Below, piece by piece: positions 48,736 through 57,861 of a stretch of DNA of 64,000 bases. Positions within the stretch are counted from its first letter, which is position 1; each line of letters opens with the position of its first letter. Origin of the DNA: Paracoccaceae bacterium. GTDB lineage: Bacteria > Pseudomonadota > Alphaproteobacteria > JAPKNN01. The position numbers and the translations under genes were made by a program. The notes below the pieces were generated by a model that did not search any database, was not told the origin of the DNA, and was given only the letters and a program-made list of their open reading frames with translations. Location: contig JAPKNN010000005.1 of assembly GCA_040266715.1 (NCBI GenBank), positions 31,027-95,026 of the forward strand. The letters run 5' to 3'.

Positions 48736-49527
48736 TTATTGACCTAACTGTTTACGTAAGGCTTTTTCAACGCCATATGCTAGCTTTCTATAACCTATAC
48801 GTGTAAAGTGTACGCCATCATTAGCACGTAAACGTCTTATTTTTCCGTTAAGATCTGGTCCATATGAATAATACCGTCCATTTTTATCAGAAAAATCTTT
48901 CCACGTTTCTATGAAAGTAACACCAACCTTATAGGCTTCACTGCGCATAATTTTATTTAACTTAGCGGCACTTTCAGACATTTTTTTCTTCCTCATGTTA
49001 GGAAGACCTATCCAATATGAAGGAATGTTTTGCTTACTTATATACTGCAAAAATTTTGATAAGCGCTCACGATAATGACGAACCCAAGACGACGAAAAAA
49101 ATGCATGATACCCTTCAGCTGTACGCATTGGTCTTATATCATTTGTACCAAAAAGCATAACAAGAGCATCTGGTTTTTTCTCTTTAACGATTTCCACTAT
49201 TTCTCTATTCCAATCAAAAAAATCCTTACTAACAAAACCAGTTGATACCTGTGAATGTCTAATAATTTTAACCTTTAAATCTCTACGAAAAGCATCATAG
49301 AGCCCCATCCAAATACCATCCCCCAAGGAATCACCCACCACAACAACACGGTGTAAACTCTTGGAAGGTATGGAACTTAAATTTTTTTCTACCTTTGTAT
49401 TAGTATCATTATTGGCCCCGTGATTATAGCTTGCATAAGCAAAGCTAGGTATCTTAACACAATCAAACCCTGCTCCAAATTGATAGCAATACAGAAAAGT
49501 AAATATAAAAATTATGTATCTTACCAT
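48736..49527 (-). CDS. Periplasmic SGNH/GDSL hydrolase (DUF459-like)
   Basis: 263-aa ORF with a signal peptide. Block I is VVVVGDSLGDG, block III MLFGTNDI, block V NDGVHFT. Confidence 0.7.
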   Translation of the reverse strand: MVRYIIFIFTFLYCYQFGAGFDCVKIPSFAYASYNHGANNDTNTKVEKNLSSIPSKSLHRVVVVGDSLGDGIWMGLYDAFRRDLKVKIIRHSQVSTGFVSKDFFDWNREIVEIVKEKKPDALVMLFGTNDIRPMRTAEGYHAFFSSSWVRHYRERLSKFLQYISKQNIPSYWIGLPNMRKKKMSESAAKLNKIMRSEAYKVGVTFIETWKDFSDKNGRYYSYGPDLNGKIRRLRANDGVHFTRIGYRKLAYGVEKALRKQLGQ

Positions 49528-49587
49528 AAAAAATAATATGATCTATCGGAATTGTTTAATTTTTTTAGAAAAATTTATATTTAAAAT

Positions 49588-49616
49588 AGTATATACATCA
49601 ACGTACTAGCTTTCAA
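49588..49616 (-). promoter_or_regulatory. Sigma-70-like promoter candidate for the SGNH-SGNH-MBOAT operon
   Basis: Minus strand TTGAAA (49611-49616), 17 nt, TATACT (49588-49593), about 60 nt upstream of ATG 49527. Confidence 0.4.
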
Positions 49617-49664
49617 GCCATTAGGGAATAATCTTAACAAAATTCCTTATAACCACAATTTATT

Positions 49665-50621
49665 TTAGGAATATTTGAGTGTTGCGCTTATTAACTTATC
49701 CGTGATACCTGGTTCCGATACAGCATGTCCTGCATCTGGTATAATATGTAAATTACTTTCTTTCCATTTCTTATGTAATTTCCATGCAGTTTCTATCGGT
49801 GTAATAACATCATATCGTCCATGAACAATAACACCTGGTATATTATTAAGCACTGAAGCGTTTTTAATAAGATGACCATCCTCACTAAAAAACCCCCCAT
49901 TTATAAAATAATGACATTCTATACGTGCCATTGATAGGGCAAACTTTTCTTCCATAAAACGCCCTATTATCTCTTGGTTGGAATACAATGTAATGGTTGA
50001 GCCTTCCCAGCCACTCCATGCCTTAGCACAATCATACATCACCTTTTTATTATCACCAGTTAATCTTTTATAGTAAGCTTTTATCATGTCACCTCTTTCC
50101 TCCATAGGTATAGGACGTATATAATTTTCCCACAAATCGGGAAAAAGTAAATTACAGCCATCTTGATAAAACCAACGTATTTCTCTTTGTGTAAGTGTGA
50201 ATATGCCTCTAAGTATAAGTTCTGAAACAATTTCTGGGTATGTCTGTGCGTATGCCAAAGCAAGTGTCGATCCCCATGAACCGCCAAAAACTTGCCATTT
50301 CGTTATAGATAATTTCTTGCGTAATTTTTCAATATCTTCAACTAAATCCCAAGTCGTATTTTCTTTTAACTCGGCATGAGGAGTTGAGCGTCCACATCCT
50401 CTTTGATCAAATAGAATAATTCTATATTTTTTGGGGTCATGATACCGTCGCATCTGTGCATTGCATCCTGCACCAGGTCCCCCATGTAATATCACCACAG
50501 GTTTACCATTTTTATTCCCACACTCCTCATAATACAGAGTATGTATAGGACTAACCTCAAGTGAACCCGTTTTATACGGTTCAATTTCCGGATAACAGGA
50601 TTTTCTGACATCTAAAGACAT
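49665..50621 (-). CDS. pip: Prolyl aminopeptidase (proline iminopeptidase)
   Basis: 318-aa alpha/beta hydrolase with HGGPG, the nucleophile elbow GGSWGSTLAL, and the C-terminal DAGH. Confidence 0.88.
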   Translation of the reverse strand: MSLDVRKSCYPEIEPYKTGSLEVSPIHTLYYEECGNKNGKPVVILHGGPGAGCNAQMRRYHDPKKYRIILFDQRGCGRSTPHAELKENTTWDLVEDIEKLRKKLSITKWQVFGGSWGSTLALAYAQTYPEIVSELILRGIFTLTQREIRWFYQDGCNLLFPDLWENYIRPIPMEERGDMIKAYYKRLTGDNKKVMYDCAKAWSGWEGSTITLYSNQEIIGRFMEEKFALSMARIECHYFINGGFFSEDGHLIKNASVLNNIPGVIVHGRYDVITPIETAWKLHKKWKESNLHIIPDAGHAVSEPGITDKLISATLKYS

Positions 50622-50625
50622 TTAT

Positions 50626-50949
50626 TTAACCTATTTTCGAATATACCCCTAAAGCTGGAACAGTCATCAGTGCCATTCCACCAATCCATACGCCATACAT
50701 GATGCTATCTTTAGGCTGCTGTTTTAAAACATGCCAAGAAATTTGTTGATACAGAGCCGCAAAAAGACCCGAAATCATTATAAAGAGTGTAGACGTAAAC
50801 AAAGAATTTAAGAAAAATATACCACTCTCATTAACGGGTAAGAAACCAGGATACCATACAGGGTAAAATACCCATACCAGAGAAAGATAAGGTGAAAAAA
50901 TTCCGTTAAATACAGCCAATCCTAAAATTATAATTACTCCATGAGGCAT
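50626..50949 (-). CDS. Small hypothetical membrane protein (3-4 TM)
   Basis: 107-aa hydrophobic ORF ending 4 nt before the pip start. No family recognised. Confidence 0.45.
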   Translation of the reverse strand: MPHGVIIILGLAVFNGIFSPYLSLVWVFYPVWYPGFLPVNESGIFFLNSLFTSTLFIMISGLFAALYQQISWHVLKQQPKDSIMYGVWIGGMALMTVPALGVYSKIG

Positions 50950-50991
50950 TACATATTCTCTTTCTTACAAATATCTATTAAAGAAATTAAC

Positions 50992-51273
50992 CTAATCTGA
51001 TGCTCGTAATATCCAAAACAGTAGCAAACGTAAGACTGCCATCCAAAGAATGCTAAAAATTAACAATACCCTATACGGAACAACATTAGGTGTAATAAAT
51101 GACACCGCTCGTACCATTGGATTAGTCATCCAACAAAAATTTCTCCATATATAATTATCCCAATTGTTATCAACAAAGAAACTAAGCAATAATCGTCCTA
51201 TCAACAGATACATAATTAACGCCACAGCGTAATTTGGTATATGGAAATACCAATATTCAGTAACTTCAGACAT
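50992..51273 (-). CDS. Small membrane protein, YggT-like (tentative)
   Basis: 93-aa ORF with 2 TM helices. The central TNPMVRAVSFITPNVVPYRVLL loosely resembles the YggT TEPxLxPxR loop. Confidence 0.4.
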   Translation of the reverse strand: MSEVTEYWYFHIPNYAVALIMYLLIGRLLLSFFVDNNWDNYIWRNFCWMTNPMVRAVSFITPNVVPYRVLLIFSILWMAVLRLLLFWILRASD

Positions 51274-51363
51274 CTTAGTTTATTCCTTAATTAGATAATC
51301 CTAGTAGAAAATGATCATAATCTCTTCTGATAATAACGTAAAGAGAAAACACTCTTATCTAAC

Positions 51364-51399
51364 AAAAAAATGAGGGGCTAGTAATCATTTAGCCCCTCA
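51364..51399 (-). terminator. Rho-independent terminator of the DUF4212-symporter operon
   Basis: Minus strand TGAGGGGCTA-aatgattac-TAGCCCCTCA is a perfect 10-bp GC-rich stem followed by TTTTTTT, 43 nt after the symporter stop. Confidence 0.85.
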
Positions 51400-51441
51400 C
51401 GCAATTGTATATTAGTTAATTGCAGTATTCAAGACAATTTC

Positions 51442-53295
51442 CTATCCTTTTTTAGCCATTCTATCAGTGTAAGCTTCACCTTTAGGTGTTCTTACATCTT
51501 CAACCATATCCATAACTTCTTGCGAAGGTTCGGGGGTCATTAAACTAACAACAATACCTACAATAAACCCTGCTGGTATTCCAAACACACCTGCAGACAA
51601 GTTAGCAACTCCAAACCACAGGCCACCCGCATCGGCCAATACAAGTGGAATTGCGTCATATTTGGTCGCAGCAAGGTAATACAATGTTAAGCAGAAACCA
51701 ACAACCATAGAGGCTATTGCTCCTTCTTTATTCATACGTTTCCACCAAATACCTAAAACAAGTACAGGAAAATTACCTGCAGCAGCAAGAGAAAATGCCC
51801 ATGCCACTAATGATAATATTCCACCTGGCGGATCTGCGGCAACGAGTGCGGCTAAAATCGCAACTGCTAATAATACTATGCGCGCAGCTACAAGACGTGT
51901 TCTTGTTGATGCCTTAGGATCCAACATATGAAAATACACATCATGACTAAGAGCGTTCGCTATCGCAAGTAATAATCCATCAGCCGTAGATAGTGCTGCT
52001 GCCAAACCACCTGCACCAACAAGCCCAGCTACCACATAAGGTAAACCAGCTATTTCTGGAGCAGCAATAACAACAACATCCCGAGTAATAGAAAATTCAC
52101 TCAGATTAAGCACACCTGTAGTATTCCCTGCCGCTGTACAAGCTGCCTGTATAGCTTCTGCACTAACAGCAGCAACACCACAAATTTTAACCTTTGCTGC
52201 GGAACCATAAATATATATCCACTCAGGCAACGCTTCTAAACTTTGCCCAATCACATTTTGATATACTTCTAACTTTGTAAATGCAGCATATGCTGGTGCT
52301 GTAAAATAAAGGAGAAATATAAAAAGTAAACTCCACCCTACGGACTTACGTGCATCACGAACATTTGGCGTTGTAAAGTAGCGCATCAATACATGAGGTA
52401 AGGAAGCGGTACCAACCATAAGACAGAAAATCAGGGCGAAGAAATTAAATGGCGAATAGTTCGCGAATGGCTCTAAATGCCTTTTCAAATTACCTATTTC
52501 TGCCAATCCTAATTTAATCATTTCTGCCTCGCGAGCAGCAATATCCTGCATCACTGATCCATAGGTCAGCTGTGGAATAGGCACCCCATTACGTTGAAAA
52601 GATAAGATAATAACGGGTATCATATAGGCGATTATCAACACAATATACTGAGCAACTTGTGTCCACGTTACGGCCCTCATACCACCCAGCATTGAGCAAA
52701 GTAAAATACCAGACAGCCCCACAAAAACGGCATAATGATAAGGTATGCCCATGAAACGCTCTGCTATTAAACCAGTTCCGCGTATCTGTGCGACTACGTA
52801 TATGAAAGAACACACGATGAGAACAAGTACACCCAATAAGCGTACAATATTGCCTCCATAGCGGGCCGACAAGAAATCTGGAACCGTATAAGCGCCAAAT
52901 TTCCGCAAATATGGTGCAACGAGTGTTGCAACCAACACGTATCCACCAGTCCAACCGACAACAAATGACAAACCATCATAACCAAGCGTGTAAAGAATAC
53001 CCGCCATTGCTAAGAAGGAAGCGCCACTCATCCAATCGGCAGCAGTTGCCATTCCGTTATAAAAAGCAGGAACTTGTCTTCCTGCAACATAATATTGTGA
53101 AACTTGCATTGTACGGGATATAACACCAATACCTGCATAAATCGCTAGTGTAAAACCAACAAAAAGAAAGCCTAACACTTTATCTGGTACACCCAGCTGT
53201 TCAAGTATAGCAACAAATACGACGAACGCAATAAAGCCACCCGTATATATGCTATAAATTTTCTTTAGCGGAAGATTTGCTACTTCACTATTCAT
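51442..53295 (-). CDS. Sodium:solute symporter family transporter (VC_2705-type, paired with DUF4212)
   Basis: 617-aa protein with about 13-14 TM helices and SSS-family signatures. The upstream DUF4212 partner is typical of this subfamily. Confidence 0.8.
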   Translation of the reverse strand: MNSEVANLPLKKIYSIYTGGFIAFVVFVAILEQLGVPDKVLGFLFVGFTLAIYAGIGVISRTMQVSQYYVAGRQVPAFYNGMATAADWMSGASFLAMAGILYTLGYDGLSFVVGWTGGYVLVATLVAPYLRKFGAYTVPDFLSARYGGNIVRLLGVLVLIVCSFIYVVAQIRGTGLIAERFMGIPYHYAVFVGLSGILLCSMLGGMRAVTWTQVAQYIVLIIAYMIPVIILSFQRNGVPIPQLTYGSVMQDIAAREAEMIKLGLAEIGNLKRHLEPFANYSPFNFFALIFCLMVGTASLPHVLMRYFTTPNVRDARKSVGWSLLFIFLLYFTAPAYAAFTKLEVYQNVIGQSLEALPEWIYIYGSAAKVKICGVAAVSAEAIQAACTAAGNTTGVLNLSEFSITRDVVVIAAPEIAGLPYVVAGLVGAGGLAAALSTADGLLLAIANALSHDVYFHMLDPKASTRTRLVAARIVLLAVAILAALVAADPPGGILSLVAWAFSLAAAGNFPVLVLGIWWKRMNKEGAIASMVVGFCLTLYYLAATKYDAIPLVLADAGGLWFGVANLSAGVFGIPAGFIVGIVVSLMTPEPSQEVMDMVEDVRTPKGEAYTDRMAKKG

Positions 53296-53310
53296 AATTT
53301 ACTCCTTCCC

Positions 53311-53556
53311 TTAATCTTCTTCTGCGACGCCATGTTCTCTATCTAACTCATCTTGTTTTGTAGAGTAGTAGAAAATGATAACCACAAAAGCTATTAATGA
53401 TCCCTGCGCAGCCATATAGTATCCTAACGGAAAACCTATTATCACTATTTCATTTAATATATTAACAAACATGTGTATAACAAAGCCAAAAAAGAACCAA
53501 ATTGCTAAAACAATCGTTACTAATCGCTTCGTTGCACTCCAATACATTCCATCCAT
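53311..53556 (-). CDS. DUF4212 small membrane subunit of the solute symporter
   Basis: 81-aa ORF with 2 TM helices, the FPLGYYMAAQGSLIAFVVII motif, and an acidic tail. It lies 15 nt upstream of the symporter. Confidence 0.75.
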   Translation of the reverse strand: MDGMYWSATKRLVTIVLAIWFFFGFVIHMFVNILNEIVIIGFPLGYYMAAQGSLIAFVVIIFYYSTKQDELDREHGVAEED

Positions 53557-53775
53557 AAAAACCCTCCGATTTTAACATTACAATAGGAAAGCCAACACAA
53601 AGCCTGTGCCCGTGTTTTAACTACTGAATTTGTATGTTGAACAAACAAATTACGAATGGGAAAGCTTCCTTAATTTTTTATCCCATCTTTACCAAAATAA
53701 AGGTTTTTTTAATTTTGTCAAGAATCTTAACAAATTATTACCATAATTGCCTATTAGACTTAAATATTTAAGAGT

Positions 53776-54372
53776 TTAATGCAACATAACCTTCAAAATA
53801 ACGACACCAATAACCGCTATGATGGCCAATGTGAGTGTCAATATAGCGAGATAATTCTGAAGCCATTTTTTTGCATAATGACCAAAAAAATACATTAGCG
53901 TTGCAATTGTAAAAAACCTCAAACCACGAGAAATAAAGCTATATACAATAAAGGACGTAATATCCATTGCCGCAACTCCACTAGCAAGAGTAACGGCTTT
54001 GTAGGGAATAGGTGAAAATCCCCCTAGGAAAACGATGAATGCACCATTGCTATTGAATTGTTCAAAAAACCAATCAACAGAATTATCTAGCCCGTAGAAT
54101 GAAATTATTAATTTACCTACATGTTCATACAAAAACAGACCTATCATGTAACCAATAATTCCCCCTACCACTGACGTAAATGTTGTGATAGTTGCATAAT
54201 AAAAAGATTTTTTTTGATTAATCCCACTGAGGGTTATAAGGCCTATATCGGGTGGTATTGGAAAAAAAATACTCTCACATAAAGACCAAAAACCTAAAAT
54301 ATAAACATTATATCCCTTAGACATTGCCCGGATGAGGCTATCATTTATCTGCCTTATTTTTTGTTTCATCAA
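53776..54372 (-). CDS. DedA/YqaA-family (SNARE-associated) membrane protein
   Basis: 198-aa ORF with the LCESIFFPIPPDIGLI motif typical of YqaA-like DedA proteins. Confidence 0.7.
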   Translation of the reverse strand: MMKQKIRQINDSLIRAMSKGYNVYILGFWSLCESIFFPIPPDIGLITLSGINQKKSFYYATITTFTSVVGGIIGYMIGLFLYEHVGKLIISFYGLDNSVDWFFEQFNSNGAFIVFLGGFSPIPYKAVTLASGVAAMDITSFIVYSFISRGLRFFTIATLMYFFGHYAKKWLQNYLAILTLTLAIIAVIGVVILKVMLH

Positions 54373-54684
54373 TTGTCCTGTTAGTTATTTTTATCTGATT
54401 AGTTAGAGTGTAGTAGCTTTAACACTAGGTGTCTATGTATGGAAAATTTTGTCTTGATCGTAAAGTATTTTTTTAATTATTACCTAGCCAATAACTCAGC
54501 AAAGCGTATCATGGGAATTAAAATTATAATGTACATAAAAAAAAAGATATTTAAAATATAACAATTATTTTATTGTAATTTAGAATTATACAGATAATAA
54601 ATGTTATTTTATTAGATAATGAATTTATTTTGTACAATTATATACATGAATAACTTAGAACACCCTCACAACAAAGGATAAATT

Positions 54685-55725
54685 ATGTCAATATACTCAC
54701 AGTTACGACTTTTATTTTTACGTTCCCATTTATTATCGCGGATTTTTTTTGTATTTCCTATAGTGGTCCTTTTTACCTTGCTAATGAACCAAGCTACATA
54801 TGCAAACACTGCTGAAAAACTTGTTGATGCAAAATGGCTAAGTGCTAATTTGCAACGCAGTGACATTGTTATCCTTGATATACGAAATAAAATTGATGGA
54901 GGAAGCCGCGAAACATATCTGAAGGCTCACATCCCTGGCAGTCTACATAGTGACTATTTAACTGAGTGGCGGGCAACGCGTGACAATGTAGTAGGAACAA
55001 TTCCACAAATTAGCACATTAGAATCGCATCTATCCCAACTTGGGGTGGAGCGTGATGATCATGTCGTTATAGTGCCTGCAGGAGTAAGTGCCACAGATTT
55101 TGGATCAGCTACACGTGTCTATTTTATTCTCAAATATTTAGGTCATAAGAAAATCAGTATCCTTAATGGAGGTTTCTCTGATTGGGTTAAAGATGTAAAT
55201 AATCCTATAGAAACAGGAACACAATCATTTGAATCACTTAAACCCACACAATATAGAGCAACACCTGTTGAAGATTTAGTTATAACGACACAGCAGCTCG
55301 TTAAATTGAAGCAAGAGCCCCGTAAACCTATTCTTATTGATGCCCGTCCCTATGATTTTTATATAGGCAAAAAGAAACATCCAAAAGTTAAAAAATATGG
55401 TCGCATTCAAGGCGCTTTAACACTTACACATGCGAGTTTCTACGATAATAAAAACAATAAAATTTACGATGCGAGCACGCTAAAAAATATTTATGATGAA
55501 AAGCTAAAGAATCTAAATACACATTTTTCTCAAGATGATACTATAGTTAGCTATTGCAATACAGGGCATTGGGCATCTATCAATTGGTTTGTGCTTAATG
55601 AACTGATAGGTGTAAAGAATGTTCGTCTTTATGATGAATCGCTTGCCGCTTGGGCAAATGACGACAATCTGCCTATGCAAAGTGAACGGACACGTCTTGA
55701 TGATTTAAAATCTATTTTTAATTAA
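54685..55725 (+). CDS. Secreted tandem-rhodanese sulfurtransferase
   Basis: 346-aa ORF with an AAGGA SD and a Sec-type signal (IFFVFPIVVLFTLLMNQATYA/NT). It has two rhodanese domains; the catalytic loop YCNTGHWAS is in the second. Confidence 0.8.
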   Translation: MSIYSQLRLLFLRSHLLSRIFFVFPIVVLFTLLMNQATYANTAEKLVDAKWLSANLQRSDIVILDIRNKIDGGSRETYLKAHIPGSLHSDYLTEWRATRDNVVGTIPQISTLESHLSQLGVERDDHVVIVPAGVSATDFGSATRVYFILKYLGHKKISILNGGFSDWVKDVNNPIETGTQSFESLKPTQYRATPVEDLVITTQQLVKLKQEPRKPILIDARPYDFYIGKKKHPKVKKYGRIQGALTLTHASFYDNKNNKIYDASTLKNIYDEKLKNLNTHFSQDDTIVSYCNTGHWASINWFVLNELIGVKNVRLYDESLAAWANDDNLPMQSERTRLDDLKSIFN

Positions 55726-55744
55726 TCATATCTCTGAAATAGAG

Positions 55745-55773
55745 GCAGGTATTATTAAGGAGAATAATCCTGC
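55745..55773 (+). other. Intercistronic hairpin between the rhodanese gene and yeeE
   Basis: GCAGGTATTATT-aaggag-AATAATCCTGC forms an 11-bp stem with one bulge. No T-tract follows. Confidence 0.4.
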
Positions 55774-55818
55774 TCCCTTGCATAGAACCTAATATACATA
55801 TTGAAAGCTTCATTGACT

Positions 55819-57018
55819 ATGTCGGATATAATAGTTGCACTTATTGTTATTACATTTTTCGTAGGACTTTTATTTTTAGAAATATCGTCCGCCATGATGG
55901 GTTTATTTATGTGTGGTATAGGTTTGGGATTTACACTATTTCATGGCGCTTATGGCTTCACTGCTCATTGGCGCCGTCATATACTCGGAGGTGATGGATC
56001 AGGGTTTCGTAGTGAAATCATTATGATAGGATTTACGGCGCTTTTATTTTTTATTATTCTCGGAAATTTTAATACCCAAGCGGAGTATAGTCTTACACGT
56101 GCTCCGATAGGCTTATCTCTTATAGTGGGGTCATTTATTTTTGGCGTAGGCATGCAGCTTGCCAATGGCTGTGGTTCAGGTGTTATGTTCTCGCTTGGCA
56201 GCGGTAGTCTGCGTATGATAGTTACGCTTATTTTTTTTATGATTGGCAGCCTACTTGGTACAATAATTTTACCTCCCTTGCTTGATATACTATCATTCAA
56301 ACCCCTTATACTTCAAGAATTACTTGGCTATACATTAGGCTATATCTCCTTATTATTCTTGCTAGGAAGCATATTTTGGTTAAGTTACATAATTGAAAAA
56401 AAACGCTCTCTACTAAACAGTAAACATAAAGAATACACTCACAATAAACAACCTTATACCCCTCATATTTTTGGTAAAAATTTTTTTCATTCTTTTTCAT
56501 TTATAAGCGGTCCATGGCCAATCTCCTTTACAATCGCATTGATCGTCTTTTTTAGCACCCTCATTTTGTTATTGTCTGGATTTCCTTGGAGTGTTACTTT
56601 TGGTATCACTATTTGGGCAGGTAAATTAGCGACATTATTGGGCATTGATATTAGTAGTCTTCCATTTTGGCAATGGCCCCGACCAGCTCAAGCTTTAGAA
56701 AAGACAATTCTCTCTGATGTGAGCTCAACTACAAATATAGGTTTACTTTTTGGTGCTTTTCTCGCTGCTTCATTAAAGCGATTGAAAAGCTCTGATAAGC
56801 CGATCACTCCACCATTAAAATCTTTTTATGCTGCTATCCTTGGGGGTCTGCTTTTAGGTATAGGGGCACGTTTGGGTTTTGGTTGTAATGTGGGAGCTTT
56901 TTATTCTGGTACGGCCTCTGGAAGTTTGCATGGTTTTATCTGGTTAATATTTGCATTTCTCGGAAGTATTGTGGGTGTTTCGGCGCGTCCCTATTTTAAT
57001 CTGGAAAATAAAGTATAA
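55819..57018 (+). CDS. YeeE/YedE-family sulfur (thiosulfate) transporter
   Basis: Polytopic ORF with the two family Cys motifs (LANGCGSGVMFSLG and GFGCNVGAFYSG). The track start 55801 is a TTG; ATG 55819 is preferred. Confidence 0.8.
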   Translation: MSDIIVALIVITFFVGLLFLEISSAMMGLFMCGIGLGFTLFHGAYGFTAHWRRHILGGDGSGFRSEIIMIGFTALLFFIILGNFNTQAEYSLTRAPIGLSLIVGSFIFGVGMQLANGCGSGVMFSLGSGSLRMIVTLIFFMIGSLLGTIILPPLLDILSFKPLILQELLGYTLGYISLLFLLGSIFWLSYIIEKKRSLLNSKHKEYTHNKQPYTPHIFGKNFFHSFSFISGPWPISFTIALIVFFSTLILLLSGFPWSVTFGITIWAGKLATLLGIDISSLPFWQWPRPAQALEKTILSDVSSTTNIGLLFGAFLAASLKRLKSSDKPITPPLKSFYAAILGGLLLGIGARLGFGCNVGAFYSGTASGSLHGFIWLIFAFLGSIVGVSARPYFNLENKV

Positions 57019-57020
57019 AA

Positions 57021-57164
57021 ATGCGTTTTATATTCTATATTTTTATATTTATGTTCGTGGCACTTGTTGTGGGTGATCATCTTTTTAGTGCACCCTATCA
57101 TGGTAGTCAGATTGAGCTTTACGACGCCGCTTGTGCACCTTGTGGAGCACCTTGCAAAGACTAA
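57021..57164 (+). CDS. Unannotated 47-codon micro-ORF: hydrophobic N-terminus plus CAPCGAPC tail
   Basis: The ATG lies 2 nt after the yeeE stop. Translation: MRFIFYIFIFMFVALVVGDHLFSAPYHGSQIELYDAACAPCGAPCKD. It falls below the 60-aa cutoff of the ORF track and has no independent SD. Confidence 0.35.
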   Translation: MRFIFYIFIFMFVALVVGDHLFSAPYHGSQIELYDAACAPCGAPCKD

Positions 57165-57337
57165 CCTTCTTTTTGTATATGAATTCGGTTTCCTATTATA
57201 CACAAGCTGTAAAGCCTCGCTTATGGCGCATTATAGCTAAGTAAACACGTATACACTTGTACACTTGAAAATAATTTTATGAAGTGTTAATTGTGAAATT
57301 ATATACATGCCGTTTCAATTTCAAGGAGATAATTATC

Positions 57338-57784
57338 ATGTTAACTGAGGAAATGAAAAAGATAATAAAGACATATCCTGCTGGCTTTGCTGCTACTGTT
57401 AACGCAGATTCCACTCCTAATCTTTCAACAAAGGGAACTATGGTTGTATTGGATGATACGCATATTATTTTTGCTGAAATACGCTCTCCCAATACATTAA
57501 AAAATATTACACATAGACCTACAATGATAGTTCTGTTCCTTGATATTTTAGCGCGTAAATGTGTACGCATTAAAGCTCATGCGTCTGTTATATATCCAGA
57601 TACAGATAAATATACAGAGCTATTACCTCATTTTGCAGCTTGGCCAGATCTTATGCATAAAATTAAACACATCATTATTTTACATACTATGTCTGCGCAT
57701 ATTGATCTTTCCCCTGCTTATGATGTGGGTGAAAAGGAGGAAAATTTACGTAATCACTGGAAAAATATTTTAGCACAGGCATGA
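57338..57784 (+). CDS. Pyridoxamine 5'-phosphate oxidase-family (FMN-binding split-barrel) protein
   Basis: 148-aa ORF from ATG 57338, preceded by AAGGAG at 9-nt spacing. N-terminal pattern MKKIIKTYPAGFAATVNADSTPNLSTKG. The longest frame (57284) is probably too long. Confidence 0.6.
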   Translation: MLTEEMKKIIKTYPAGFAATVNADSTPNLSTKGTMVVLDDTHIIFAEIRSPNTLKNITHRPTMIVLFLDILARKCVRIKAHASVIYPDTDKYTELLPHFAAWPDLMHKIKHIIILHTMSAHIDLSPAYDVGEKEENLRNHWKNILAQA

Positions 57785-57861
57785 AAAATTCTTGAATTGC
57801 AATTCTAATATCTATACAGACATTTAGAAACTACGCATAAATACACTGTAAGGAGGGCATA

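Noticed and set aside
56991-57203. 70-aa minus-strand ORF (GTG start) antisense to the Cys-rich micro-ORF.
   Set aside because: It has a non-ATG start and no SD, it overlaps the yeeE 3' end, and its composition is basic and low-complexity. The plus-strand micro-ORF with stop-start coupling is the more parsimonious reading, though neither is proven.
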